Part shown: piece after piece, positions 20,653 to 32,137 of the stretch | How the letters are laid out: every line of letters begins with the position of its first letter | Position numbering within the stretch: the first letter of the stretch is position 1 | Assembly (NCBI RefSeq): GCF_041909575.1 | Contig: NZ_JAYRDE010000004.1 | Coordinates: 2,748 to 66,747 of the forward strand | Origin: Microbacterium sp. | GTDB lineage: Bacteria > Actinomycetota > Actinomycetes > Actinomycetales > Microbacteriaceae | DNA length: 64,000 nt | Direction: 5' to 3' | Notes under the pieces: generated by a model | The model's database searches: none | What the model was told of the DNA's origin: nothing | What the model saw: only the letters and a program-made list of their open reading frames with translations | Position numbers and translations under genes: made by a program

Positions 20653-21972
20653 ATGTCAGCGATGCCCTTCCGCGCGCCCGCGCGCGCCCTCCGTGCCGGA
20701 ACCGCCGCCCTCGCCGGGGCCGCGGTGATCGCCGTCGTCGCGCTGTCCGCCCCTGCCGCCACCGCCGCGCCGCCCTCGTACAACCTGCGCGGCGTCACCG
20801 TCGTCGACACCTTCGAGAGCGACGCGGACGGCGACGGTGTCGTGGACTACATCATGACGACGACGACCACCATCGACCGCCACGGGCGTGAGGAGCTGCG
20901 GGTCATGGCGAGCGACGTCGACGCCGACGGCGTGGTCGATTCGACGACGATCATCACCCCGACCTACGACCACCGCGGCCGGCAGACCCTCCTGACGGAG
21001 GAGACGTTCCAGGGCGCGGATCCGATCGCGGACTTCCGGACGACGTTCGAGTCCTTCTACGACGCGCGCGGCGACCTGCTGCGATCGGTCTACTCGGTGG
21101 ACTACGACGCGGACGGGGTGATCGACGACTCCTCCGTGACCACGATCACGACGTCGAAGAACCCGGCCACGACAACGTACGCGATCACGGTCGATGCGGA
21201 CGGCGACGGGGGCTCGGACGACCTCTCCTCCTCGTACGCGGAGTTCGACCGCCGAGGCAACCCGGTCCTGGACCGCCTCGCGATCGACATCGACTCGGAC
21301 GGCGTCATCGACGGGGCCTACGAGGTGACCCGCACCTTCAGCGTGCGCGGCGCGATCCTGACGGCCCACGTCGAGACATCGGGGCTGTACGGGGACACCG
21401 CCGACGACACCACCTGGACCTATGCGAAGGGCGGGGTCCTGACCGGATGGGTCACCGTGAGCGAGGACGGCGAGGTGGCGACCACCGCGCTGACATATGA
21501 CTCCGAGGCGCGCCTGATCGAGTACGTCGAGACCGTCGACGCCGAGGGCGACGGCGTCGTCGACTCGTCGATCACCAGCACCGACGTGTGGGAGGGAGAC
21601 CTCCTCATCACGACGTCGCGGGTGAGCGTGGAGGCGATCGGCACGCCGGAGGAATCGGTCTCGGTGATCACACGGACGCACACGTACGACGCCGCGGGTC
21701 AGCTCGTCGCGATCCTGGACGAGGACGACAGCGACGGCGACGGCGATGCGGACCGGACCGAGAGCACGCAATACGGGTACGACGAGGCCGCGCGCATGGT
21801 GTCGGTGCTGATCCAGTTCGACGACGACGGCGACGGGGCGGCGGATCGGGCGATGCGCGAGCTGTACGTGTACGACGAGGACGGATTCCTGGGCCAGTGG
21901 TCGCAGGAGTACGACAACGACGGCGACGGGGTGTGGGACTCCCGCGACGTCACGACCACGACCATCTCGTAG
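20653..21972 (+). CDS. Secreted acidic repeat protein (YD-like plus DxDxDG repeats)
   Basis: Sec signal ending ATA-A; nine DxDxDGxxD-type loops; about 11 YDxxG-like turns. Confidence 0.85.
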   Translation: MSAMPFRAPARALRAGTAALAGAAVIAVVALSAPAATAAPPSYNLRGVTVVDTFESDADGDGVVDYIMTTTTTIDRHGREELRVMASDVDADGVVDSTTIITPTYDHRGRQTLLTEETFQGADPIADFRTTFESFYDARGDLLRSVYSVDYDADGVIDDSSVTTITTSKNPATTTYAITVDADGDGGSDDLSSSYAEFDRRGNPVLDRLAIDIDSDGVIDGAYEVTRTFSVRGAILTAHVETSGLYGDTADDTTWTYAKGGVLTGWVTVSEDGEVATTALTYDSEARLIEYVETVDAEGDGVVDSSITSTDVWEGDLLITTSRVSVEAIGTPEESVSVITRTHTYDAAGQLVAILDEDDSDGDGDADRTESTQYGYDEAARMVSVLIQFDDDGDGAADRAMRELYVYDEDGFLGQWSQEYDNDGDGVWDSRDVTTTTIS

Positions 21973-22066
21973 CGGAGCATCTCGGGCGGGACGGGGGCCG
22001 CTGGCGCGGGCGGCCCTCGACCACAAGCCCCACCGCGCTTCGGAGGCGTCGTGCGAGGATGACGGC

Positions 22067-23338
22067 ATGGCGCGCACTGCGACGGAACTGCTGAGCCCGG
22101 CCGATCAGGAGCGACGCCGCGGCCTGCGGCTCATGAAGGGCGTCGCCCTCGGCGCACTCGTCGGCATGGCGGTCGTGTTCGCGTTCTCGTTCGCGTTCCA
22201 GGCGCAGGTCCCCGCACTCGCGTACGTGCGCGCCGCCGCCGAGGGCGGGATGGTCGGCGCTCTCGCGGACTGGTTCGCGGTGACCGCGCTGTTCCGGCAT
22301 CCGCTCGGCATCCCCATCCCCCACACCGCGATCATCCCCAGTCGCAAGGACGAGATCGGCCGCACGCTCGGGGAGTTCGTCGAGACGGAGTTCCTGCGCG
22401 GCGACGTCGTGCGGACGAAGCTCGACGCGACACCGATCTCGGCACGGCTGGGCGAGTGGCTGAGCGATCCCGAGCATGCCGAACGGGTCGCCGCCGAGGC
22501 ATCCGTCATGGCCTCCGGTGTTCTCCAGGCGCTCAGCGACGACGACGTGCAGAGCGTGATCGAGGACCTCGCCCGAGAGCACCTCATCTCGCCGGAGTGG
22601 GGACCGCCGCTCGGGGCGTGGCTCGGGCGCATCGTCGAGTCGGGGGCGCACCACGGAGCGGTCGACCTCGCCGCCGAGACGATCGCCGCGTGGCTCGAGG
22701 CCAATCGCGCCTCGTTCACGGGGCTCGTGTCGCGACGGCTTCCCGGGTGGGTGCCCTCCATCGCGCACCGCCTGGTCGACGACACGGTCTACAACGAGGC
22801 GGTCAAGTTCGTCGCTGCGGTGCGGGCCGACCCGCAGCATCCGGCCCGCGGTGCCGTGGACGGGTACCTCGACCGGCTCGCCGAGAACCTGCAGCACGAC
22901 CCGGGCACCATCGGCCGCCTCGAGGACGCGAAGTCGACGCTCTTCGACAGCCCGCGCATCCGGGAACTCGCCGCCGAAGCATGGAACACCGCCAAGGCCG
23001 GGCTGCTGGCCTCTCTCGCCGACCCCGCCAGCGGGCTGCGGCGCCGAGCGGCGACCGCGCTCGCGGAGATCGGCGAGCGGCTGACGACGGATGCCGCGCT
23101 CCAGCGCCGCGTGGACTCCTGGGTCACCGATGCCGCCGTGTTCCTCGTCGACCGGTACCGTCACGACATCGCCTCGATCATCACCGACACCGTCGAGCGG
23201 TGGGACCCGAACGAGACCACCGAGAAGATCGAGCTGATGGTCGGACGCGACCTGCAGTACATCCGCCTCAACGGCACGATCGTCGGCGCGCTGGCCGGGC
23301 TCGCGATCTTCTCCATCGCCCACGCATTCCTCGGCTGA
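22067..23338 (+). CDS. DUF445 family membrane protein
   Basis: GGMVGALADWFAVTALFRHPLG.PIPHTAII and DLQYIRLNGT.VG. Confidence 0.92.
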   Translation: MARTATELLSPADQERRRGLRLMKGVALGALVGMAVVFAFSFAFQAQVPALAYVRAAAEGGMVGALADWFAVTALFRHPLGIPIPHTAIIPSRKDEIGRTLGEFVETEFLRGDVVRTKLDATPISARLGEWLSDPEHAERVAAEASVMASGVLQALSDDDVQSVIEDLAREHLISPEWGPPLGAWLGRIVESGAHHGAVDLAAETIAAWLEANRASFTGLVSRRLPGWVPSIAHRLVDDTVYNEAVKFVAAVRADPQHPARGAVDGYLDRLAENLQHDPGTIGRLEDAKSTLFDSPRIRELAAEAWNTAKAGLLASLADPASGLRRRAATALAEIGERLTTDAALQRRVDSWVTDAAVFLVDRYRHDIASIITDTVERWDPNETTEKIELMVGRDLQYIRLNGTIVGALAGLAIFSIAHAFLG

Positions 23339-23361
23339 CCGCGCGACGATACCCTGGTCCC

Positions 23362-23703
23362 GTGGCCGCCGACCAGCTCCTCTTCAGCTACGGGACGCTC
23401 CAGAACCCCGATGTCCAGCTCGACACGTTCGGGCGCCGCCTCGCGGCGGAGGACGACGTCCTTCCCGGCTACACCGTGGACTACGCCGAGATCGAGGACA
23501 CGCGCGTCGTCGACCTGTCGGGGATGTCGGTGCACCCGATCGTCCGCGCCACCGGCAGTCCGCTCGACAAGGTGGTCGGCAAGGCTCTGTGGGTGACCGA
23601 CGACGAGCTCGACGCCGCCGACGAGTACGAGGTCGCGCTGTACCGTCGCGTCTCGGTCGTGCTCGCCAGCGGACGGTCTGCCTGGGTGTACGTCTCGGCG
23701 TGA
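23362..23703 (+). CDS. Gamma-glutamylcyclotransferase family protein
   Basis: LFSYGTLQ and LDAADEYE...YRRV..AWVY. Confidence 0.88.
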   Translation: MAADQLLFSYGTLQNPDVQLDTFGRRLAAEDDVLPGYTVDYAEIEDTRVVDLSGMSVHPIVRATGSPLDKVVGKALWVTDDELDAADEYEVALYRRVSVVLASGRSAWVYVSA

Positions 23704-23775
23704 CACTCCCCGATCCCTCGACCCGCCCGGGTGTGCGCCTCGGCCTGAGGGCCGCGGCGGAGTAGCGTCGGAGGC

Positions 23776-24684
23776 GTGACGCTCTCCCACGATCCCCTGT
23801 GGCCACGGGCCGGCGGCTGGCCGGCACCCGCGACCGAATCCGGCGGCTGGGACGCCGTCCTGCTCGGCGTGCCGGCATGGCGCACGTCGCTCTCGCCGAC
23901 GGGCGCGCACGCCACCCCCGCGGCCGTGCGCGACGCGCTCCGGCGCTTCAGTCCGACGCTGCTCGGCCCGCCGCCGGTCGACCTGGCCGAGAGCCTCCGC
24001 ATCGCCGACGCCGGCGACATCGCGTCGCCCGACGGGCCGGAGGGCGAGGCATCCGTCCGCGCCGCGGTGCGGGAGCTGTCAGCGGATGCCGCGCTCGTCG
24101 TCGCCCTCGGCGGCGACAACTCCGCGACCTACGCCGTCGCGCAGGGCGCCGGCGCGACGGGGCTCATCACCCTCGACGCCCACTTCGATCTGCGCGACGG
24201 GGTCTCGAACGGCTCGCCGGTGCGCCGGCTCGTCGAGGACGGCCTGGACCCCCGGCGGATCGTGCAGCTCGGCATCGCCGACTTCGCCAACTCGGTCGCC
24301 TACGCCCAGCGCGCCGCCGACCTCGGGATCACGGTCGTCGGGCTCGACGAGGTGCGCCGAAGGGGCTCGGCCGACGTCGTAGCCGAGGCACTCGAGATCG
24401 CGGGCGCCGGAGGCGGCGGCATCCACCTCGACATCGACGTGGACGTGTGCGACCGCTCGGTGGCGCCGGGTTGCCCGGCCTCGGTGCCCGGCGGGCTCGC
24501 GGCCTGGGAGCTGCGCACGATCGTCCGGGCGGTGGCATCCGATCCCCGCGTGCGCAGCGCCGACATCGTCGAGGTGGACGCGACCGCCGACACACCCGAT
24601 GGGCGCACCGTGCGGCTGGCGGCGCTGTGCGTGTTGGAGCTGCTCGCGGGCAGAGCGATCGCGGGAAGGGCGGTCGCCGCATGA
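23776..24684 (+). CDS. hutG: Arginase-family formimidoylglutamase
   Basis: LGGDNS, DAHFDLR, DIDVDVCD, PGG motifs; adjacent to hutIUH. Confidence 0.8.
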   Translation: MTLSHDPLWPRAGGWPAPATESGGWDAVLLGVPAWRTSLSPTGAHATPAAVRDALRRFSPTLLGPPPVDLAESLRIADAGDIASPDGPEGEASVRAAVRELSADAALVVALGGDNSATYAVAQGAGATGLITLDAHFDLRDGVSNGSPVRRLVEDGLDPRRIVQLGIADFANSVAYAQRAADLGITVVGLDEVRRRGSADVVAEALEIAGAGGGGIHLDIDVDVCDRSVAPGCPASVPGGLAAWELRTIVRAVASDPRVRSADIVEVDATADTPDGRTVRLAALCVLELLAGRAIAGRAVAA

Positions 24685-25151
24685 TCCGGCTCGCGCTCGT
24701 GCGGCACGCCAAGTCCGACTGGGGCGACGCGATGCTCGACGATCACGACCGTCCGCTGAACGAGCGCGGCTCCGGGGATGCGCCGCGCATGGCGCGGTGG
24801 TTCGCCGACACGGCCTTCCGGCCGGACGTGATCCTCTCGAGCACGGCGCTGCGCGCCCGCACGACCGCGGCCGCGTTCGGCGCGGCGACCGGCGTCGCGG
24901 TCCGGACCCAGGAGCGCCTCTACGGCGCACCGGCGGACGTGCTGCTCGCTGCCGCCGCCGAGGCGGGCTCCGAGGCGGTGATGGTGGTCGCGCACGACCC
25001 CGGCCTGAGCATGCTGGCCGAGCGCCTCTCGGACGGCGGCATCGCCCACATGCCCACCTGCGCGGTCGCGACGTTCCGGTGGAGCGCCGACGACTGGAAC
25101 GCGGCAACGGCCCTCGACCCCGACGACTGGACCTTCGACACCCCGCGCTGA
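24681..25151 (+). CDS. SixA-like histidine phosphatase
   Basis: LVRHAKSDW, RPLNERG, SSTALRARTT, VAHDPG; ATGA overlap. Confidence 0.88.
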   Translation: MIRLALVRHAKSDWGDAMLDDHDRPLNERGSGDAPRMARWFADTAFRPDVILSSTALRARTTAAAFGAATGVAVRTQERLYGAPADVLLAAAAEAGSEAVMVVAHDPGLSMLAERLSDGGIAHMPTCAVATFRWSADDWNAATALDPDDWTFDTPR

Positions 25152-25177
25152 GGGCACGCCGGGGCGCCCGGCGCCTG

Positions 25178-25258
25178 CTCCTGGCTGCTGGCTTCTGACT
25201 CCTGGCTCCTGGCTCCTGCTCCTGGCTCCTGGCTCCTGGCTCCTGGCTCCTGGCTCCG
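25178..25258. repeat. 7-bp tandem repeat (CTCCTGG)x~11
   Basis: Seven exact CTCCTGG units, one 6-bp unit, and degenerate CTGCTGG/CTTCTGA and terminal CTCCG units. Confidence 0.95.
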
Positions 25259-25261
25259 CCG

Positions 25262-25361
25262 GGCGCATAACTCCTGCACTCTGCTCGCCCGGCGCCCCTT
25301 CCTCGGCGGAATTCCGCGAAGCCGCACCGTGTCGACCGCGATTCTGCAGGAGTTATGCGCC
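25262..25361. repeat. REP/MITE-like inverted-repeat element (AACTCC family)
   Basis: GGCGCATAACTCCTGCA / TGCAGGAGTTATGCGCC perfect 17-bp arms with a 66-bp spacer. Confidence 0.9.
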
Positions 25362-25410
25362 GCACGCGAGACGGAGCCCTGCCCCGCGGGCGCGCCCGGC
25401 CCCGCCCGAG

Positions 25411-26592
25411 CTAGACCCGGGCGCCGTCCTTCCACACCGTCCGCACGAGGGGCACGCCGGGCCGGTAGGCCAGGTGCACGCGCGTGGGCGCGGCCAGCAG
25501 CACGAGGTCGGCGCGCATGCCCGGAGCGATCGCGCCGACGTCGTCGCGACGCAGGGCCCGGGCGCCGCCGGCGGTCGCCGCCCACACCGCCTCGGCCGGC
25601 GTCATGCCCATCTCCCGCACCGCGAGCGCGACCATGAGAGGCATCGAGCTCGTGAAGCTCGATCCGGGGTTGCAGTCGCTCGCGAGGGCGACCGTGACGC
25701 CCGCGTCGATCAGCCGCCGCGCGTCGGGGTACGGCTGCCGCGTGGAGAACTCCACTCCCGGGAGGAGCGTCGCCACCGTCTCGGACTCCGCGAGGGCGGC
25801 GATGTCGGCGTCGTCGAGGTAGGTGCAGTGATCGACGGATGCCGCGCCCGCCGCGACCGCGAGGCGCACGCCTTCTCCGGGGCCGAGCTGGTTGCCGTGC
25901 ACCCTCGGCAGCAGTCCGTGGGCCGCTCCGGCCGTCAGGATCCGGCGCGACTCGTCCGGCGTGAACGCCCCGCGCTCGCAGAACACGTCGATCCAGCGCG
26001 CGTGCGGGCGCACGGCCTCGAGCATCGGGCCGGTGACGAGATCCACGTACTCCTCGCGCCGGTCGGCGTACTCGGCCGGCACGACATGCGCGCCGAGGAA
26101 CGTGACCTCCGAAGTGACCTCCGCGGCGAGACGGGCGAGGCGGGTCTCGTCCTCGACGGTGAGGCCGTAGCCGGTCTTGATCTCGAAGGTCGTCGTCCCC
26201 TGAGCGTGCAGCTCGGCGGTGAAACCCGCCAGCCGCGCGCGAAGCTCCTCGTCGCTGGCGGCACGCGTGGCCGCGACGGTGCGGCGTATGCCTCCCGCGG
26301 CATAGGGCGCGCCGGTCGTGCGCGCCTCGAACTCGTCGGCCCGGTCCCCGCCGAACACGAGGTGCGTGTGGCTGTCGACGAACCCCGGGAGCACCGCCTC
26401 GCCGTGGGCGTCGACGATCTCCGCCCCGGAGCGAGCGGCGGCTTGTGCCGGGGCATCCGTCATCCCGCCGACCCAGGCGATCCGCGATCCCTCGAGGAGC
26501 ACCGCGGCGCCGTGCATCGTGCCGCACGGGTCGCCGTCGCGCGCGACGTTGGTGGTCAGCTCGCCGATGTTCGTGATGAGCGTCGCGGTCAC
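25411..26592 (-). CDS. hutI: Imidazolonepropionase
   Basis: [34 protein letters not shown]; start GTG 26592. Confidence 0.95.
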   Translation of the reverse strand: MTATLITNIGELTTNVARDGDPCGTMHGAAVLLEGSRIAWVGGMTDAPAQAAARSGAEIVDAHGEAVLPGFVDSHTHLVFGGDRADEFEARTTGAPYAAGGIRRTVAATRAASDEELRARLAGFTAELHAQGTTTFEIKTGYGLTVEDETRLARLAAEVTSEVTFLGAHVVPAEYADRREEYVDLVTGPMLEAVRPHARWIDVFCERGAFTPDESRRILTAGAAHGLLPRVHGNQLGPGEGVRLAVAAGAASVDHCTYLDDADIAALAESETVATLLPGVEFSTRQPYPDARRLIDAGVTVALASDCNPGSSFTSSMPLMVALAVREMGMTPAEAVWAATAGGARALRRDDVGAIAPGMRADLVLLAAPTRVHLAYRPGVPLVRTVWKDGARV

Positions 26593-26621
26593 GGTTGCCT
26601 CCTCTCGGTACGGGGTCTGCG

Positions 26622-28298
<1,677 letters not shown>

Positions 28299-28355
28299 CG
28301 TCACTCCTTCGTGGTCGTGCCGGGGGTGGTGGACGGGCGGCGGACCGTTCCCGCA

Positions 28356-28422
28356 ATCAGGCGATTCGACGGAATCAGGCTCATGTCGGTCGGATCCGCC
28401 TGATCTCACCGGATCGCCTGAT
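28356..28422. repeat. Nested inverted repeat with 18-bp periodic ATCAGGC motif
   Basis: ATCAGGC at 28356 and 28374; GCCTGAT at 28398 and 28416. Confidence 0.75.
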
Positions 28423-29983
28423 CCGGTTCGAGCCCGGTGTTCTCGAACGCGGCCCGCGCCACGGCGCCCGAAGCCACGAGCGCGGTGACGGCCTCCATGT
28501 CGGGCGAGAGGAACCGGTCGCGTCCGGGGCCGTCGACGCCGGCGGCGCGCACCAGGTCGCGCACCGCTCCGGTCGCGCGCCCGGGACGCAGGGGGGCACG
28601 CAGGTCGAGCGCCCGCGCCCCGGTGAGGACCTCGATCGCGAGCACCCGGGCGAGCCCGTCGATCCCGCGGCGCAGCTTGCGCGCGGCCGCCCACCCCATC
28701 GAGACGTGGTCCTCCTGCATCGCACTGGAGGGGATCGAGTCGACGGATGCCGGGACGGCGAGGCGCTTGAGCTCCGACACGATCCCCGCCGCGGCGTACT
28801 GGGCGATCATCAGGCCCGAGTCCACCCCCACCTCGTGGGCGAGGAACGGCGGCAGGCCGTGGCTGCGGGCCGGGTCGAGCGCGCGATCGGTGCGACGCTC
28901 CGAGATCGAGGCGACGTCGGCGACGGCGATCGCGAGGAAGTCGAGCACGTACGCCACGGGAGCGCCGTGGAAGTTGCCGTTGGACTCGACCCGCCCGTCA
29001 TCGGTGATGACGGGATTGTCGACGGCCGCCGCGAGCTCGCGCGAGGCGATCAGCCGGGCGTGATCGGCGGTGTCCCGCGCGGCGCCGTGCACCTGTGGCG
29101 AGCAGCGCAGCGAGTAGGCGTCCTGCACGCGCGTGCACACGGCCGGATCGCGGTGCGAAGCGACGATCGGCGAGCCCGCGAGCACGGCGCGCAGGTTCGC
29201 GGCCGATGCCGCCTGCCCGAGCTGCGGCCGCAGCGCCTGCAGGTCGGCGGCGAACACCGCATCGGTGCCGAGCTGCGACTCCACCGACATCGCGGCCGCG
29301 ACGTCGGCCGTGTCGAGCAGCACCGACAGATCGTGCAGCGCGAGGAGCAGCATCCCGAGCATGCCGTCCGTGCCGTTGATGAGGGCGAGCCCTTCCTTCT
29401 CGCGCAGGACGAGGGGCGGGACGGATGCCGCGGCCAGCGCGTCCGAGGCATCCACCTCGGTCCCGTCGGCGTCGCGCACCCGACCCTCGCCCATCGAGGC
29501 GAGCGCGACGTGCGACAGGGGCGCGAGGTCTCCCGAGCAGCCGAGGGATCCGTATTCCCGCACGATCGGGGTGATGCCGGCGTTGAGCATCGCGGCGTAG
29601 GTCTCGACGACGACGGGGCGGACGCCGGTGTGCCCGGTGGCGAGGGTCTGCAGGCGCAGCAGCTGGAGCGCGCGGACGACCTCGCGCTCGACCTCGGGTC
29701 CGGTGCCGGCGGCGTGGCTGCGGATCAGGCTCTCCTGCAGCTGGAGGCGGCGGTCCGGGGCGATGAACGTCGTGGCGAGCGCGCCGAACCCCGTCGAGAT
29801 GCCGTAGTGCGGGTCAGGGTCGTCCGCCAGACCTTCGACGAGGGCGCGCGCGGCGGCGACGCGCGCGAGGGCTTCGGGGGCCACTTCGACGCGGGCGTCG
29901 TGGCGCGCCACCGCGACGACGTCCTCGGGGGTCAGGGGGGCGACGCCGACGGTGACGACGCGCGAGTCGGTGACGGTGGTCAT
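28406..29983 (-). CDS. hutH: Histidine ammonia-lyase
   Basis: [20 protein letters not shown] (CSG variant of the MIO-forming triad), [13 protein letters not shown]; start ATG 29983. Confidence 0.96.
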   Translation of the reverse strand: MTTVTDSRVVTVGVAPLTPEDVVAVARHDARVEVAPEALARVAAARALVEGLADDPDPHYGISTGFGALATTFIAPDRRLQLQESLIRSHAAGTGPEVEREVVRALQLLRLQTLATGHTGVRPVVVETYAAMLNAGITPIVREYGSLGCSGDLAPLSHVALASMGEGRVRDADGTEVDASDALAAASVPPLVLREKEGLALINGTDGMLGMLLLALHDLSVLLDTADVAAAMSVESQLGTDAVFAADLQALRPQLGQAASAANLRAVLAGSPIVASHRDPAVCTRVQDAYSLRCSPQVHGAARDTADHARLIASRELAAAVDNPVITDDGRVESNGNFHGAPVAYVLDFLAIAVADVASISERRTDRALDPARSHGLPPFLAHEVGVDSGLMIAQYAAAGIVSELKRLAVPASVDSIPSSAMQEDHVSMGWAAARKLRRGIDGLARVLAIEVLTGARALDLRAPLRPGRATGAVRDLVRAAGVDGPGRDRFLSPDMEAVTALVASGAVARAAFENTGLEPDQAIR

Positions 29984-30035
29984 GGGTCGATTCCACACCG
30001 TCGCCCTGGCATCCGACACGGGGTCGTGGCATCCT

Positions 30036-30821
30036 GTGTCTGGTATGCCAGACAAAGGCCCGTCCTCGCGCCCGCAGGTCCCCGCGGCAGATCAGACACT
30101 GCGGATCCTGTCCTTCCTCGCGCGTCAGCGCGGGCCCGCGGCGGCGAGCACGATCTCGTCGACGCTCGGCATCCCCCGATCGAGCGTCTACCACCTGCTC
30201 GACGCTCTGGCCGCCCACGGGTTCGTCATCCACTTCCCGTCGGATCGGCGATGGGGACTCGGCACGGCCGCCTTCGAGCTCGCCGGCGGCTACTCGCGCC
30301 AGCAGCCCCTCGCCCGCCTCGGCCGCCCCCTCGTCGCCGCGCTCGCCGACCGGGCGGGCGAGAGCGCACACCTGGCCGTGATGACCGGCCGGGACGTGCT
30401 CTACATCGTCGAGGAGCGCGCCCCGCGCCGCCCCGCGCTCGTCACCGACGTGGGCGTGCGGCTGCCCGGCCATCTCACCGCGACCGGCCGGGCGATGCTC
30501 GCCACGCTCCCGCGCGAGCAGGTCAGGGCGCTGTATCCGGATGCCTCGTCTTTCGCCGACCGCACCGGCCGGGGTCCGTCGCGCCCCGGCGAGCTGCGGG
30601 ACGTGCTGCGCGAGGTGCGTGCGCGGGGGTACGCCGTAGAGGACGGCGAGGTCACGCTCGGGCTGCGCTCGGTCGGCGTCGTCGTGCGCGACCACGCCGG
30701 CTGGCCCGCCGCCGCCCTCGCGCTCACCTGGCCCGTCGACGCGGAGCGCGACGCCGCTGCGCTCGCCGCCCTGCTGGGCGACACCGCCCGCGAACTCGAG
30801 CGCCGCATCGGCCGCCACTGA
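30036..30821 (+). CDS. hutR: IclR family regulator (HutR-like)
   Basis: IclR HTH (LGIPRSSVYHLL), LPGHLTATGRAML, RGYAVEDGE; divergent from hutH; start 30036 or 30045. Confidence 0.85.
   Translation: MSGMPDKGPSSRPQVPAADQTLRILSFLARQRGPAAASTISSTLGIPRSSVYHLLDALAAHGFVIHFPSDRRWGLGTAAFELAGGYSRQQPLARLGRPLVAALADRAGESAHLAVMTGRDVLYIVEERAPRRPALVTDVGVRLPGHLTATGRAMLATLPREQVRALYPDASSFADRTGRGPSRPGELRDVLREVRARGYAVEDGEVTLGLRSVGVVVRDHAGWPAAALALTWPVDAERDAAALAALLGDTARELERRIGRH
30037..30054. promoter_or_regulatory. HutR-type operator palindrome
   Basis: TGTCTGG-TATG-CCAGACA; resembles the corynebacterial HutR motif TCTGwwATwCCAGA. Confidence 0.7.
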
Positions 30822-30833
30822 CCCCCTCTCTCA

Positions 30834-30899
30834 TCCGTTTGTGCGGGCGAGTGTGCGCTCGGGCCGACGATCAGGCGCGCAAACGCCCGCACAAACGGA
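30834..30899. terminator. Long hairpin between convergent IclR and LacI genes (probable bidirectional terminator)
   Basis: TCCGTTTGTGCGGGCG / CGCCCGCACAAACGGA perfect 16-bp arms. Confidence 0.65.
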
Positions 30900-30912
30900 C
30901 CAGGAACGGAGG

Positions 30913-31920
30913 TCAGCGGATCACGAGGCGGGGCTCGACGAGCACGTGCGCCTCGCCCGCAGCTGCCGCACGCGGGGCCACGATGCTGCCGGTCGCCCCC
31001 ATGAGCAGCTCGAGGACGCCCGCCGCGACCTGCTCGGGCAGCTGCTCGACGCTGCTGATGCCGATGGCCTCGGCCGCCGGGGTGTTGTCGAAGCCGACCA
31101 CGGGCAGATCCGCCCGGCCGGCCGCGGCCGTGGCGAGGTGAGCACCGATCGCGAGAGAGTCGCTCACGCACACGATCCCGTCGACCTCCGCCTCGGCGAG
31201 CAGGTCGGCCGTCAACGTGCGCGCCTCGCCGACGCTCTCCCGGCACGTGCGGCGCTCCCCGGTCGCCCCGGCGGCGGCCATCGCCTCGCGCCAGCCGCGC
31301 TCGCGGTCGTCCCCGGTCCCCGAGCCCCGCGGCCAGCCCAGAAATGCGATGCGCGGACCGGCGATCGCGAGCAGGTGCTCCGTCGCGGCGCGCGTGCCGG
31401 CGGCGCCGTCGACGTCCACCCACAGGTGCGCGGGCTGCGCGACGTCGTCGTCGCCCCACGGCCTGCCGAACGCGACGAACGGCACGCCGCGCTCGGCGAG
31501 CCAGCGCGTGCGGGGGTCGCCGTGGAAGGTGCCCGTGATCACGACCGCGTCGATCTCGCCGCCCTCGGTGAGCTCGCCCATGCGCTGGATCTCCTCGCCG
31601 GGACTGCGCGCGGCGTACAGCTGGATGCGCATCCCCCGCGCGCCGGCGTGCTCGGTCAGGGCGTGCACGAAACGGTCCAGCACGACGCCCGAGATCCCGC
31701 CCGCGTAGGGATCGAGATGGATGCCGATGGTCGAGCTGCGCCGCGTGCGCAGGCGTCGCGCGGCCATGTGGGGCCGATAGCCGAGCTCGGCGATCGCCGC
31801 CTCCACGCGCTCTCTGGTCGAGGCGCGGACGATACCGGGCGTGTTGATCACGTTCGACACCGTCTGGCGCGAGACACCGGCCACCAGCGCGACGTCCTCC
31901 ACCGTCGGAAGCTTCGACAT
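30913..31920 (-). CDS. LacI family transcriptional regulator
   Basis: TVEDVALVAGVSRQTVSNV HTH; ELGYRP; VVGFDN. Confidence 0.95.
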   Translation of the reverse strand: MSKLPTVEDVALVAGVSRQTVSNVINTPGIVRASTRERVEAAIAELGYRPHMAARRLRTRRSSTIGIHLDPYAGGISGVVLDRFVHALTEHAGARGMRIQLYAARSPGEEIQRMGELTEGGEIDAVVITGTFHGDPRTRWLAERGVPFVAFGRPWGDDDVAQPAHLWVDVDGAAGTRAATEHLLAIAGPRIAFLGWPRGSGTGDDRERGWREAMAAAGATGERRTCRESVGEARTLTADLLAEAEVDGIVCVSDSLAIGAHLATAAAGRADLPVVGFDNTPAAEAIGISSVEQLPEQVAAGVLELLMGATGSIVAPRAAAAGEAHVLVEPRLVIR

Positions 31921-31980
31921 CGCACCCCCTCACGCGGACCGTCATCGCTCGAGAGGCATCCTATGCGCGATAGAACCCCC

Positions 31981-32010
31981 TTGACAGGAGGGTCGCGGTC
32001 TTCTTACGGT
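31981..32010 (+). promoter_or_regulatory. Sigma-A-like promoter of the ABC operon
   Basis: TTGACA-18 bp-TACGGT. Confidence 0.65.
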
Positions 32011-32024
32011 ATGTCTCGCACGAA

Positions 32025-32042
32025 ACTTTGATCGTTCAAAGT
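32025..32042. promoter_or_regulatory. LacI-type operator
   Basis: ACTTTGA-TCGT-TCAAAGT palindrome with central CG, just downstream of the -10. Confidence 0.75.
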
Positions 32043-32137
32043 CCGGAGCGCGCATGCAGCCTCCGCGCGGCGATCACGCGAACGCGATCAAAGGGGTCGA
32101 GAGTGACCCGTCACGGCTCATCGAAGGAGAGAGACTC

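Noticed and set aside
20653-21972. RHS/polymorphic toxin
   Set aside because: No RHS core or DPxG cleavage motif, no variable C-terminal toxin domain, and no downstream immunity ORF.
25178-25361. CRISPR array
   Set aside because: The units are 7 bp with no unique spacers, and no cas genes are present.
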